The notes beneath the pieces are model-generated. The model was not told where the DNA came from. It saw nothing but the letters and a program-made list of their open reading frames with translations, and did no database searches. A stretch of 64,000 nt of DNA from an uncultured Christensenella sp. (GTDB lineage: Bacteria > Bacillota > Clostridia > Christensenellales > UBA1242). Location of the stretch: assembly GCA_949294455.1 (NCBI GenBank), contig CASFHD010000002.1:20724-84723 (forward strand). The letters are read 5' to 3'. A program made the translations under genes and the position numbers. This document shows, in pieces, positions 27,752 through 37,542 of this stretch (position 1 is its first letter; each line of letters begins with the position of its first letter).

Positions 27752-28696
27752 ATGGTAATGAAATTAAAAAAACGCCCGGTTATTATTGATACCGACCCTG
27801 GTGTTGATGATACTGCGGCTTTAATTTTATCATTTTTTGATGATGATTTTGATATTAAATTAATAACATCTGCAGGAGGAAATATTCACGTCAATGACAC
27901 GACTAATAACATTTTACATATTTTAGATAAATTTAATGTTAATATTCCTGTTGCAAAAGGTGCAGACAGACCTTTAAATAGAGAACCTATTAATGCTAAA
28001 GATGTTCATTCTGAAACGGGATTGGGTTTTTATTTACCAAAAAAATCTAAACGTAAAGTTTTGAAATTAGATGCTGTTGATGCTATGTATGAAACTATTA
28101 AAAAATATAAGGGTGAAATAACTATTTTGGCACTTGCTCCACATACTAACACAGCAAAACTTTTACTTAAATATCCTGATGCAGCCAAGATGATAAAAGA
28201 ATATATCTGTGAAGGTTGTTCGCCTTGGGGGTATAAAAATACTAAACCTAGAATTTCATTTAATATGTCTTATGACCCTGAAGCTTTTAAAGTTGTTTAT
28301 GATAGTGGTGTTAAAATCTCTATAGTTCCTAGTGAGATGGGTAGAGAACTTGCTAATTTTAATAAATCAGAAGTATATAAATTAAAAAAAATCAATGATA
28401 CAGGAAAATTACTTTTCAAAATGTATGATGCGTATTGGCAACGCGGATATAAAGATAAACGAATAGCCATGAATGATAGTTGTGTTTGTATGTATTTTAG
28501 ATTTCCTGAATTATTTAAGGTTAAAAAGACTAATATGGAGATAAACACAACTGATGCTCCTGGTAAAACAATAATGGATTTTTCTGAGTCTGGAAAAGTT
28601 GACTTTTTGTATGCTGTCAACAGAAAAAAGTTGCATAAAATATTTTTTAATGCTGTAAAAAAGTTAGGCTGTTATAAATTTGATGATGTTGATTAA
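27752..28696 (+). CDS. Nucleoside hydrolase (inosine/uridine-preferring family)
   Basis: N-terminal signature PVIIDTDPGVDDTAALIL (DxDxxxDD). The length and layout are typical of the IUNH family. Confidence 0.85.
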   Translation: MVMKLKKRPVIIDTDPGVDDTAALILSFFDDDFDIKLITSAGGNIHVNDTTNNILHILDKFNVNIPVAKGADRPLNREPINAKDVHSETGLGFYLPKKSKRKVLKLDAVDAMYETIKKYKGEITILALAPHTNTAKLLLKYPDAAKMIKEYICEGCSPWGYKNTKPRISFNMSYDPEAFKVVYDSGVKISIVPSEMGRELANFNKSEVYKLKKINDTGKLLFKMYDAYWQRGYKDKRIAMNDSCVCMYFRFPELFKVKKTNMEINTTDAPGKTIMDFSESGKVDFLYAVNRKKLHKIFFNAVKKLGCYKFDDVD

Positions 28697-28881
28697 TTTG
28701 TTTTAATATTATTTCGATTTTAAAATATTCTGATAGATTAAATCTCTTATTTAATTTAAAAAGTACAATCATTTGAAACACTTTAATGGCTAAACTTAAC
28801 CTAAAATTTGATATTCTTAAAAGATAATATAATATTAAAAAATAAATTATTTATTTTAATTTTTTAAATGGTGGAATTGAT

Positions 28882-31374
28882 TTGGAAAATTTATTAATTA
28901 TAGATGGTAATAGTATATTAAATAGGGCGTTTTATGCGCTCCCTCTTTTTAAATCTTTAGATGGTAGATTTGATAACGCTGTATTTGGCTTTACTAAAAT
29001 GCTATTAAACTTAATTACAACAAATAAGCCAGATTATATTTTAGTGGCATTCGATAAAGGTAAAAATACTTTTAGACATAGGCGTTATGCTGATTATAAA
29101 GCAGGTAGAATGAAAATGCCTGAAGAATTGAAAAGCCAATTTCAAATTTTAATGGATTTATTAGATGCTATGAAAATAAAGTGGCTTGAATTTGATGAAA
29201 TTGAAGCTGATGATATTATAGGTATCGCTTCTAAAAAATTTGATTGTCATAAAATAATTTTAAGCGGTGATAAAGATTTATGGCAGTTAATAGATGATGA
29301 CACTGAAGTTTGGTTTACAAAAAAAGGAATTTCTGAAGTTTTAGTTTTAAATAGATCATCTTTAATGGAAAATTATAATTTAACTCCTGAAATGGTTATA
29401 GAAAAAAAAGGTTTGATGGGGGATAGTTCTGACAACATTCCAGGTGTTAGCGGAATTGGAGAAAAAACTGCTCAATCTTTAATTGAAAAATATAAAACTC
29501 TTGAAAACATTTATTCAAACATTGATGAAATTTCAGGTAAACTCAAACAGAAATTACTAGAAGAAAAAGACATAGCTTACGAGTCGAGATTTTTGGCTAC
29601 TATTGTAAGAGATTATGACTTAAAGTTAACACTTGATGATTGCCGTTATGAATTCCCATTAAGTGAAGATGTATATAAAATCTTTGAAGGGTTAGATTTT
29701 AAAACAATACTATCAAAAAAGGAATATTTTATTTCTAAAAATCTAGAAGAAGAACAAGATGATGAAAAAAGCGAAAATATTGTTGAAATTCAATCTATTA
29801 ATGAATTAAAAATAAATGAATCTGTCGCTATACATTGGAGTGATAAGTTGCATTTTTGCACACTTGATGGTGATGAAAAAATATTAAGTAAAATTGATGA
29901 GATTGAACTAAAATTATTGAAAAAAATTTGTGAAAATTCTAAAATTTTAAAAATTGTATTTGATTCTAAAGAGTTTATGTATAAATTAAAGGAATTTTCT
30001 ATAAATTTAATAAATTTTTATGATGTTTCACTTGCAGTTTATATTTCTAATGAAACCGAAGCAAATTTGAATTTTTTTGATGTTTTAAAACTTTATAATT
30101 TAAAAAATGAAACCGCTTCAAATTTGATTATTATAAAAAATCTGTTAGACCCAAAATTAAAAGAAATGAATGCTTGGGATTTATTTGAAAATATTGAAAC
30201 AAAATTAGTACCTGTACTTTTTGATATGGAGTGTAATGGCATAAAGGTTGATATTGAAAAATTAGATGAAAATGAAAAAAAATATTTAGAAGAATTAAAT
30301 GAATTGGAAAGCAAAATTTATAACATAGTGGGAATTGAATTTAATATAAAATCACCAAAGCAACTTCAAGAAATTTTGTTTGAAAAATTGCATTTGCAAT
30401 ACAAGGGTAAAAAATCAACTTCAATAGAAGTATTAGAAGAAATCAAAAATCAACACGAAGTTGTTCCTTTAATCATAAGGCACAGAAAAGTAATGAAACT
30501 AATTTCAACTTATTTGACCGGATTAAAAGCATATATTGATAAGGACAATTTTATCCACACTACATTCTTACAAAAGTTGACTTCAACAGGACGACTTTCT
30601 TCTCGTGAACCAAACTTGCAAAACATTCCATCAAGAGATGATGAAAGTAAAAGAATTAGAGAAATTTTCATTTCAAGATTTAAAAATGGAAAGATTGTTT
30701 CAGCAGATTACAATCAAATTGAACTAAGATTAATGGCAGATATGTCGCAAGATGAAAATATGATAAATGCGTTTAATAGAGGTGAAGATATTCATTCTGA
30801 AACTGCTAGAAAAATATACAATAAAGTTGAAATTACGCCATTTGAAAGAAGAAGTGCAAAGGCTGTAAATTTTGGAATTATTTATGGTATTAGTGATTTT
30901 GGTTTATCAAATAATATTGGTGTTTCAAGAAGCGAAGCAAAAGATTTTATAAATAAATATTTTGAGATTTATCCAAAAGTAAAAACATTTATGGAAGAAA
31001 GTGTTGATTTTGCTAAAAAATATGGCTATGTAAAAACTATGTTTGGAAGAATCAGACATATCCCAGAAATAAATTCATCAAATTATACGGTGAGGCAGTT
31101 TGCAAGCAGGGTCGCTATGAATATGCCACTTCAAGGCACAGCTTCGGATATAATAAAAATGGCTATGATTAAAGTTTACAATTCGCTAAAAGAAAATAAT
31201 TTAAAAAGCAAGTTGATATTACAAATTCATGATGAATTAATTGTCGATGCTAGTTTAGACGAGGTAGAAATAGTGTCAAAAATCCTTTATGATTGTATGT
31301 ATGATATTGTTAAGTTAAAAGTCCATTTAAATGTAGATGTTTCTTATGGAAACAATTGGGCGGAGGCACATTAA
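28882..31374 (+). CDS. polA: DNA polymerase I
   Basis: The 5'-3' exonuclease N-terminus reads LIIDGNSILNRAFYA and GDSSDNIPGVSGIGEKTA. Pol motifs are DYNQIELRLMA, RRSAKAVNFGIIYG and QIHDEL. The start is TTG. No DxE ExoI motif is visible in the central domain. Confidence 0.9.
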   Translation: MENLLIIDGNSILNRAFYALPLFKSLDGRFDNAVFGFTKMLLNLITTNKPDYILVAFDKGKNTFRHRRYADYKAGRMKMPEELKSQFQILMDLLDAMKIKWLEFDEIEADDIIGIASKKFDCHKIILSGDKDLWQLIDDDTEVWFTKKGISEVLVLNRSSLMENYNLTPEMVIEKKGLMGDSSDNIPGVSGIGEKTAQSLIEKYKTLENIYSNIDEISGKLKQKLLEEKDIAYESRFLATIVRDYDLKLTLDDCRYEFPLSEDVYKIFEGLDFKTILSKKEYFISKNLEEEQDDEKSENIVEIQSINELKINESVAIHWSDKLHFCTLDGDEKILSKIDEIELKLLKKICENSKILKIVFDSKEFMYKLKEFSINLINFYDVSLAVYISNETEANLNFFDVLKLYNLKNETASNLIIIKNLLDPKLKEMNAWDLFENIETKLVPVLFDMECNGIKVDIEKLDENEKKYLEELNELESKIYNIVGIEFNIKSPKQLQEILFEKLHLQYKGKKSTSIEVLEEIKNQHEVVPLIIRHRKVMKLISTYLTGLKAYIDKDNFIHTTFLQKLTSTGRLSSREPNLQNIPSRDDESKRIREIFISRFKNGKIVSADYNQIELRLMADMSQDENMINAFNRGEDIHSETARKIYNKVEITPFERRSAKAVNFGIIYGISDFGLSNNIGVSRSEAKDFINKYFEIYPKVKTFMEESVDFAKKYGYVKTMFGRIRHIPEINSSNYTVRQFASRVAMNMPLQGTASDIIKMAMIKVYNSLKENNLKSKLILQIHDELIVDASLDEVEIVSKILYDCMYDIVKLKVHLNVDVSYGNNWAEAH

Positions 31375-32024
31375 TGAATAAAACAATGCGAATGATAAAA
31401 AATTATTTAGATATTGTCTGTAAAGATGCTAAATGTGAATTAAATTATCAGACTCCATATCAATTGTTAGTTGCTGTAATTTTATCCGCACAATGCACAG
31501 ATAAAAGAGTAAATATTGTAACGGGTTATCTTTTTAAAAAAGCAAAAAATCCTTTTGAAATGACTAAATTAAATTTAGAAGAACTTGAAAATATCATTAA
31601 ACCTTGTGGTTTGTATCACGCTAAGGCAAAGGCTATTTTAGAGATGTCAAACGATTTGATACAAAAGTATAATGGAAATTTGCCTGAAAAACGCGAAGAA
31701 TTAATGAAATTACGTGGTGTAGGCAGAAAGACTGCAAATGTAGTGTTATCAAATTGTTTTAATGGAGATGAAATAGCGGTGGATACACATATATTGCGTA
31801 TAGCAAAAAGGCTTAATTTAGTAACCGATAACGCAACACCTTATGAAACAGAAATGGCTCTTAGAAAAAATACAGAGCCATTGACAAGGACTAAAACACA
31901 TCATCAACTAATTAGTTTTGGACGGAACATTTGCACCGCTAGAAATCCTAAATGCGATATTTGTGAATTGAAAAATATCTGCAAATATTATAAAAAATCT
32001 AAAAAAAACATTCAAAATAGTTAA
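31374..32024 (+). CDS. nth: Endonuclease III
   Basis: HhH-GPD motif LMKLRGVGRKTANVVL and a C-terminal 4-Cys cluster CTARNPKCDICELKNIC. The ATG overlaps the polA TAA by 1 nt. Confidence 0.9.
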   Translation: MNKTMRMIKNYLDIVCKDAKCELNYQTPYQLLVAVILSAQCTDKRVNIVTGYLFKKAKNPFEMTKLNLEELENIIKPCGLYHAKAKAILEMSNDLIQKYNGNLPEKREELMKLRGVGRKTANVVLSNCFNGDEIAVDTHILRIAKRLNLVTDNATPYETEMALRKNTEPLTRTKTHHQLISFGRNICTARNPKCDICELKNICKYYKKSKKNIQNS

Positions 32025-32042
32025 AATTTTGTATTATTTAAT

Positions 32043-32069
32043 AAAAAAAAGTGCTTTTAGCACTTTTTT
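32043..32069. terminator. Bidirectional terminator between the convergent nth and 32115-32792 genes
   Basis: The sequence is aaaaaaaagtgc-tttta-gcactttttt. Confidence 0.7.
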
Positions 32070-32114
32070 GTTTGTTTTTAGCGATACGTTTTGGTATTTT
32101 ATTTGATTATTAAT

Positions 32115-32792
32115 TTATTGTTCTTGAGTATTGATTGAAGTATTTTTATGATTTTCAATTTGAGTTTTTAGTCTATTTATTTCTTTGCGTAATTCAATAT
32201 ATGAATCTTCTAATTCTTTTAATTTTTTAGTATTTTGTTCTAAATTGCCTTTCATAAGCTCATAATTGTTGTTGATAAGATAGACTTTAGATTGATTTGA
32301 TTCTTTTATAACAGGCTTATATGAAGATATTTCTACTTTTAATCTTTCTATTTCTTCTTTTGATTTTTGAATTAATATCTCGTTATCTTCAAGTTTTTCG
32401 CTCATTTGATTAATGCAAAATATCGTTCTATAATACTCAACATCATTTGAAATTTTAAGATATAGTTCTTCATTTATAACCCCACTAGGCTTTAATTTTT
32501 CTATAAAAATCTTAACTGCATTTTTTTCTTTTCCATTTGCTAATAACAGCGTGTGATTATAAATTGAATTTATTAAATCATATAATGTGTTTATATTATT
32601 TTTATCAAAAATGCGTTCTAATATATAAAATGTTTTTTCATCAGTTAAGTGGCTTGATGCGTTTATATCTATAAAATATCTATTTATTGTATAATTTACA
32701 GGTTCAGTAGGAGAATTAGACTTTCTAATATCTTCAATAATTTCACTTGTCCAAATCTTTGATTTTTGAGTCATTTTTTTAATTAATTCCAT
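32115..32792 (-). CDS. Hypothetical coiled-coil protein (225 aa)
   Basis: An intact ORF. The C-terminal half is heptad-like and K/E-rich. No motif was recognised. Confidence 0.5.
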   Translation of the reverse strand: MELIKKMTQKSKIWTSEIIEDIRKSNSPTEPVNYTINRYFIDINASSHLTDEKTFYILERIFDKNNINTLYDLINSIYNHTLLLANGKEKNAVKIFIEKLKPSGVINEELYLKISNDVEYYRTIFCINQMSEKLEDNEILIQKSKEEIERLKVEISSYKPVIKESNQSKVYLINNNYELMKGNLEQNTKKLKELEDSYIELRKEINRLKTQIENHKNTSINTQEQ

Positions 32793-33040
32793 AATATTTC
32801 CTTTTATTTTTAAATCACTTTTTTCAGTTTACTATAACATTCGAAATTTTGCAAGCGATTAAATTTAATAAAAATAAATTGTAATAAAATTAGTCGAATT
32901 AAAAGGTGATAACTCAAACTTTTTTTAATAATATTAACAAATAATTGTTAAAAATTATAAAACTATCTATAAAAATTAATAAATTTAATTAATTCTTTTT
33001 GTTAGATTGATTTTTTTATATATTGTGCTATAATAACATT

Positions 33041-34300
33041 ATGATTGATAAAGTTAAAATTAAGATTAAAGCCGGCAATGGCGGAAGTGGTAAAGTGAGT
33101 TTTAGACGCGATGGTATGAATGCTTTGGGAGGTCCAGACGGCGGAGACGGTGGAAATGGTGGAAGCATTATTTTTGTTGCTGATAAAAATTTGAATACTT
33201 TACAAAATTTTGAATTTGTTAAGAAATTTGAAGCAACAAATGGTCTTGCAGGGGGTTCAAATCATTGCAAAGGTAAAGATGGCATAGATAAAATAATTTA
33301 TGTACCTATAGGCACTGTTATAAAAGATAATAGTACGCACAAAGTTTTATGCGATTTATATGAAGATGGTCAAACCTATTTGGCACTAAAAGGCGGTAGG
33401 GGTGGCAAAGGTAATTCTTTTTTCAAAACTCCTACAAGGCGAGCTCCTAGTTTTTCTCAACTAGGTGAAGAATGTGATTGGTACACTGTTGAACTTGAAT
33501 TAAAACTCATTGCTGATGTCGCTTTGGTTGGAAAACCTAATGTAGGGAAAAGCACATTTTTGTCAGTTATATCAAACGCTAAACCTAAAATTGCTAATTA
33601 TGAGTTTACAACGCTTGAACCAAATCTAGGCGTAGTGAAAATGTATGGCGACAGTTTTGTTGTTGCGGATATACCAGGGCTTATTGAAGGTGCAAGTCTA
33701 GGAGCAGGATTGGGTCATGAGTTTTTAGCACATATTGAGCGAACTAGACTAGTTCTTCATATAATAGATGGTTCTTCTTATTACGGAAATGACCCAAAAG
33801 AAGACTATTTATTAATCTGTGAAGAATTGAAAAAATATAATAAGTCTTTAGCAAAGCGTCCTCAAATAGTAGTTTTAACTAAAATGGATTTAGTAGATGA
33901 CGTACAATCTGTAATTGACGATTTAAAGACTGTGGTAAAAGGTGATATATTTGCGATAAGTTCTATCACAAAAATGAATGTAGAAAATTTATTGAATGAA
34001 GTGTATAATAGACTTAAAAAATTACCAAAAAGAAAGCCTATAAAAGTAGAACAGACCGCTTTAAAAATTGAAGATAACTCATCACTTGACATTACTAAAG
34101 ATGATGATGGTGTTTATGTTGTAACTGGCGGATATATCAAAAATTTACAAAGGGGAATTGTGTTTAGTGACCCACAAAGTCTATCGTACTTTCAATATAA
34201 ATTAGAAGCAGATGGTGTGATGGATAAATTAAAAAAGGCGGGTGTAAAGCCTGGTGATACTTTAAAATTTGGAGATTTACAATTTGAATATTACGAATAA
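33041..34300 (+). CDS. obg: GTPase Obg/CgtA
   Basis: The N-terminus MIDKVKIKIKAGNGGSGKVSFRR..GGPDGGDGGNGGSIIF aligns with the B. subtilis Obg N-terminus. G motifs are GKPNVGKST and DIPGLIEGA. Confidence 0.9.
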   Translation: MIDKVKIKIKAGNGGSGKVSFRRDGMNALGGPDGGDGGNGGSIIFVADKNLNTLQNFEFVKKFEATNGLAGGSNHCKGKDGIDKIIYVPIGTVIKDNSTHKVLCDLYEDGQTYLALKGGRGGKGNSFFKTPTRRAPSFSQLGEECDWYTVELELKLIADVALVGKPNVGKSTFLSVISNAKPKIANYEFTTLEPNLGVVKMYGDSFVVADIPGLIEGASLGAGLGHEFLAHIERTRLVLHIIDGSSYYGNDPKEDYLLICEELKKYNKSLAKRPQIVVLTKMDLVDDVQSVIDDLKTVVKGDIFAISSITKMNVENLLNEVYNRLKKLPKRKPIKVEQTALKIEDNSSLDITKDDDGVYVVTGGYIKNLQRGIVFSDPQSLSYFQYKLEADGVMDKLKKAGVKPGDTLKFGDLQFEYYE

Positions 34301-34311
34301 TAGAGGTGATT

Positions 34312-34602
34312 ATGATAAATAGCAAAGAGCGAGCAAAATTAAGAAGTTTAGCACAAAGTCTAAAACCAGTTGTATGGGTAGGCAAAGATGGTTTTACAAA
34401 AGATGTATATGAAACTATCGGTAAAGAGTTATATGATAGAGAACTTATAAAGATTTCTCTAAATCCTAGTCAAGATAAACCAACAATGGACGAAATGGCT
34501 GAAATAGCAACAAAACTTTCGTGCGAAGTTGTTGCTTGTATTGGTAAAAAATTAATACTATATAAACAAAGTTCAAAGCAAGGTATAAACCATATCTTAT
34601 AA
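34312..34602 (+). CDS. yhbY: Ribosome-assembly RNA-binding protein YhbY (CRM domain)
   Basis: The sequence KERAKLRSLAQSLKPVVWVGKDGFT... is typical of YhbY. The start at ATG 34312 follows AGAGGTGA. Confidence 0.8.
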   Translation: MINSKERAKLRSLAQSLKPVVWVGKDGFTKDVYETIGKELYDRELIKISLNPSQDKPTMDEMAEIATKLSCEVVACIGKKLILYKQSSKQGINHIL

Positions 34603-34742
34603 AATATTTATTATACTAATACTTTTTAAATTTTTATAGCAATCACATATACACTTAATTGTTTTGTGGTATAGAATATACATTAAAAATAAAAAAATTA
34701 ATATGAAAAAAGTATTAGCAAAAAAAAACAAAAACAAATGAA

Positions 34743-36143
34743 TTAATTTTCATCTGTTTTTTTGTCATTTAATATACTATCTGCTTCATTATCGCTTATA
34801 TCTTTTACAGTTAATTTTACTTTATTTACTCGATTGTCTTCCACTTCAATTAATGTGAATGTCAATTCTACTTTTTTAGTTATGTAATTGTCGTTATCGT
34901 CCAAAATGTCGTCATTTGCAATGTAAGTTAAAATCATGCCTTGTTGTGGTAAATTTTCACTTAATTCATAAATAAAACCTGCTACTGTTGTGTACTCTGT
35001 TCTAGGCAAATGTTCTATTCCTAAGGTTTTAAATAAGTCACTAACTTCCGCTTCGCCATATATGATATATGTGTCTTCATCTACTAGTTCAATCGTTTTT
35101 ACTATATCTTCTGCATCATCGTGTTCATCGTAAATTTCACCAACCATTTCTTCTAAAGCATCTTCCATACAGACAAGTCCACTAGTACCTCCGTGTTCAT
35201 CTAAAACAATTGCCATATGTTTTTTGTTTTTTTGCATTGTTCTTATTAAGTCATCAACTTTTAAGTTTTCACTCACAAATAGTGGCTCGGTTAAAAGGTC
35301 GGTTAGTTTTATTTTTTTGTTATCAACTAAAGCATTAAATAAATCTTTTTGGTTAAGTATTCCAATTACTTTATCTTTATCTCCTTCATAAACAGGCAGT
35401 CTTGAATAATGCGTTTTTACAAATAATTGTTTAATCTTTTCAATTTGCTCTTCACTGTCCAAATTCTCTACAGCAACCATATCAACTCTCGATGTCATTA
35501 TATCATACGCTGTTTTGTCTTCTAAATTTAAAACACCTTGTATCATATCTGCATTAGATGAATCAATTACGCCTTCTTCTTGCATTGTATCTATGATTGT
35601 TTCTAATTCATCTTCTGTTACAGTTGGAGTATCACCTTGTTTAATTTTTTTAGTAAATAATTTTTGAATACCGCCAAATACAATACTAAGTGGGGCTAAT
35701 ATTTTCATTATAATAAACATTGCAGTAGAAAATCTAAGTGCTATTTTTTCTGGATTTCTTTTTGCAATAGACTTTGGAAGTATTTCTCCAAATGTCAATA
35801 TTATTATTGTCATTAAAACAGTGTTTACTAAATTTGCGACTGTTTGATTAATTATTAAATTTATGAACAGCGAAGCACAAATTGTAGTGTTTAAAATATT
35901 TACTAAATTATTTCCTATTAAAATAGTAACCAATGTTTTGTCAAAATTGTTCATTATATATAGTGCTTTTCTAGCACCTTTTACTTTTTCATCTGCTAAA
36001 TTTCGAATTCTTACAATGTTAGAAGTACTAAAAGCAGTTTCGCTCGCTGAAAAAAACGCTGAAAATATTAAAAGTATAATTATTGCCAAAATTTGTATGG
36101 CAGAACTAAAATTAAAACTAACACTCAGTAACGGGTCAGGCAT
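34743..36143 (-). CDS. Hemolysin-family/CNNM protein (DUF21-CBS pair-CorC_HlyC)
   Basis: An N-terminal 4-TM DUF21 (SASETAFS), a central CBS pair, and a C-terminal transporter-associated domain (GFIYELSENLPQQG). Confidence 0.85.
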   Translation of the reverse strand: MPDPLLSVSFNFSSAIQILAIIILLIFSAFFSASETAFSTSNIVRIRNLADEKVKGARKALYIMNNFDKTLVTILIGNNLVNILNTTICASLFINLIINQTVANLVNTVLMTIIILTFGEILPKSIAKRNPEKIALRFSTAMFIIMKILAPLSIVFGGIQKLFTKKIKQGDTPTVTEDELETIIDTMQEEGVIDSSNADMIQGVLNLEDKTAYDIMTSRVDMVAVENLDSEEQIEKIKQLFVKTHYSRLPVYEGDKDKVIGILNQKDLFNALVDNKKIKLTDLLTEPLFVSENLKVDDLIRTMQKNKKHMAIVLDEHGGTSGLVCMEDALEEMVGEIYDEHDDAEDIVKTIELVDEDTYIIYGEAEVSDLFKTLGIEHLPRTEYTTVAGFIYELSENLPQQGMILTYIANDDILDDNDNYITKKVELTFTLIEVEDNRVNKVKLTVKDISDNEADSILNDKKTDEN

Positions 36144-36631
36144 ATTTTCTCCTAAATAATAAAGTTATTATACCACAATAATTTTAATTTGTAAAGACAT
36201 ATTATATATTTAAAATTTTATTAGTCATTGTTAAAATAAAAAATTGCCTACATAATAAAATAACAAATTTATCAAATTTTAAAATTATTTAAAGTTTATA
36301 TTTCAACAGAATTTGTAGTAATTAATTATATTTGATAATATTAATGCTAATTTTAAGGTTGTGTCTTAGTGTTTTTATATTTAAAAGATAGTCGCTTAAT
36401 ATTAATTTGACAATTAATTGTTTGACTTTACTGTTGACAACTTTAAATATTTCATTTCTTTTTGTATTTTTTTGTTGCGTTCTTGTTATGTTAGTTTGTT
36501 TATTTCAAATTGATTATATCTAAAATAAAGATTAAATAATCTTTTTTGTTTTTCTGACAACATACAAACATATCACAATATGTTGAATGGTGGTAACTAT
36601 ATATAAATTTGTTTTATTATAAGTTTTTTAT

Positions 36632-36752
36632 TTTAGATTATAATTTGCGTTTAACTATACAATTTAGATTATCGTTTGGTTAAACTATACAACTAAAATT
36701 ATTGTATGCGTTTAATATACAATTTAAGTTATAATTTATTTTTAACTATCAA
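36632..36752 (+). repeat. Four tandem copies of a ~30-31-bp unit (TTTAGATTATAATTTGCGTTTAACTATACAA)
   Basis: Units start at 36632, 36663, 36693 and 36723, with a partial fifth at 36753. The conserved core is ..TTAT..T.TG.GTTTAA.TATACAA. Confidence 0.75.
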
Positions 36753-36891
36753 TTTAAAATATGATTTTCTAGTATGTTTTAAACTGTTATTTTATAGTTT
36801 TTGTTTTAACTTAGATTACAAGTCTTAATTTATAACTTAATTTAGTTATTACATATTTAATATTATATATAAAATTTAATATAAATACATC

Positions 36892-36919
36892 TTGACAAGT
36901 CTTTTTTTTATGTTATAAT
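36892..36919 (+). promoter_or_regulatory. Sigma-A type promoter of the nfeD-floA operon
   Basis: TTGACA (36892-36897), 16 nt of spacer, then TGtTATAAT (36911-36919). Confidence 0.55.
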
Positions 36920-36945
36920 TTTAAAAAGTGAATTTGGAGGGGAGT

Positions 36946-37542
36946 ATGATAAATGAACTTTTTAGTAGCATAGGTTGGTTAAGTGGCATTTTACTTGTCA
37001 TTGGTTTTGCTTGTAATTTTATAGAAGTTTTTAGAGGAAATTTTGGGCTCTCTGGCAAAATAGGTATTGTATTCATCATAGCAGGTATGGTTGCTTATAT
37101 CGCAGAAGGTAATTCTTATGTAAATGCTATGCTTATAGCTTTGGTTATATTCGTCATTTTAGCCGTTGCTATGTTAGTTATTATAATGCTTCAAAAATTA
37201 AATATTATCAAGGGTGTTTTAGCATTTCAGAGTGATGTTGATACTTCTGTCGACAATACAAAGCAGTCAAGTGATGATTCTATTGCTGTTAAACATAAAA
37301 AGAGTAAAAATAAAACAGACAATACTAAAAATTCAACTTTAGACACTCCTAATAAAATTGAAGAAAACATTGTTAATTTATTTGGAGTTGCTGTTACTGA
37401 TATTGGCTTGCAAGGTATAATTAAGATAAATAATATTAATTACAACGCAATCACTTTTGATAAAGATGATATAAAAGCTGGTTCTAAAATTCAAGTTACT
37501 ATGGTTCAAAATGGTTTGGCTGTAGTAAAGGCGGTGGCATAA
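36946..37542 (+). CDS. NfeD-family membrane protein (short form)
   Basis: N-terminal TM segments plus the C-terminal OB-like segment GVAVTDIGLQGIIKINNINYNAITFDKDDIKAGSKIQVTMVQNGLAVVK. It lies immediately upstream of floA, as in Bacillus. Confidence 0.7.
   Translation: MINELFSSIGWLSGILLVIGFACNFIEVFRGNFGLSGKIGIVFIIAGMVAYIAEGNSYVNAMLIALVIFVILAVAMLVIIMLQKLNIIKGVLAFQSDVDTSVDNTKQSSDDSIAVKHKKSKNKTDNTKNSTLDTPNKIEENIVNLFGVAVTDIGLQGIIKINNINYNAITFDKDDIKAGSKIQVTMVQNGLAVVKAVA

Noticed and set aside
27451-33040. Riboswitch or T-box leaders upstream of the nucleoside hydrolase, polA and obg genes.
   Set aside because: No purine-riboswitch core, T-box (AGAGA...GGTGGTACCGCG) or other conserved motif is recognisable. 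The spacers are plain AT-rich DNA.
35863-36159. ORF antisense to the 5' end of the CNNM/hemolysin-family gene.
   Set aside because: It is the hydrophobic mirror translation of the TM-coding region and has no expression signals.
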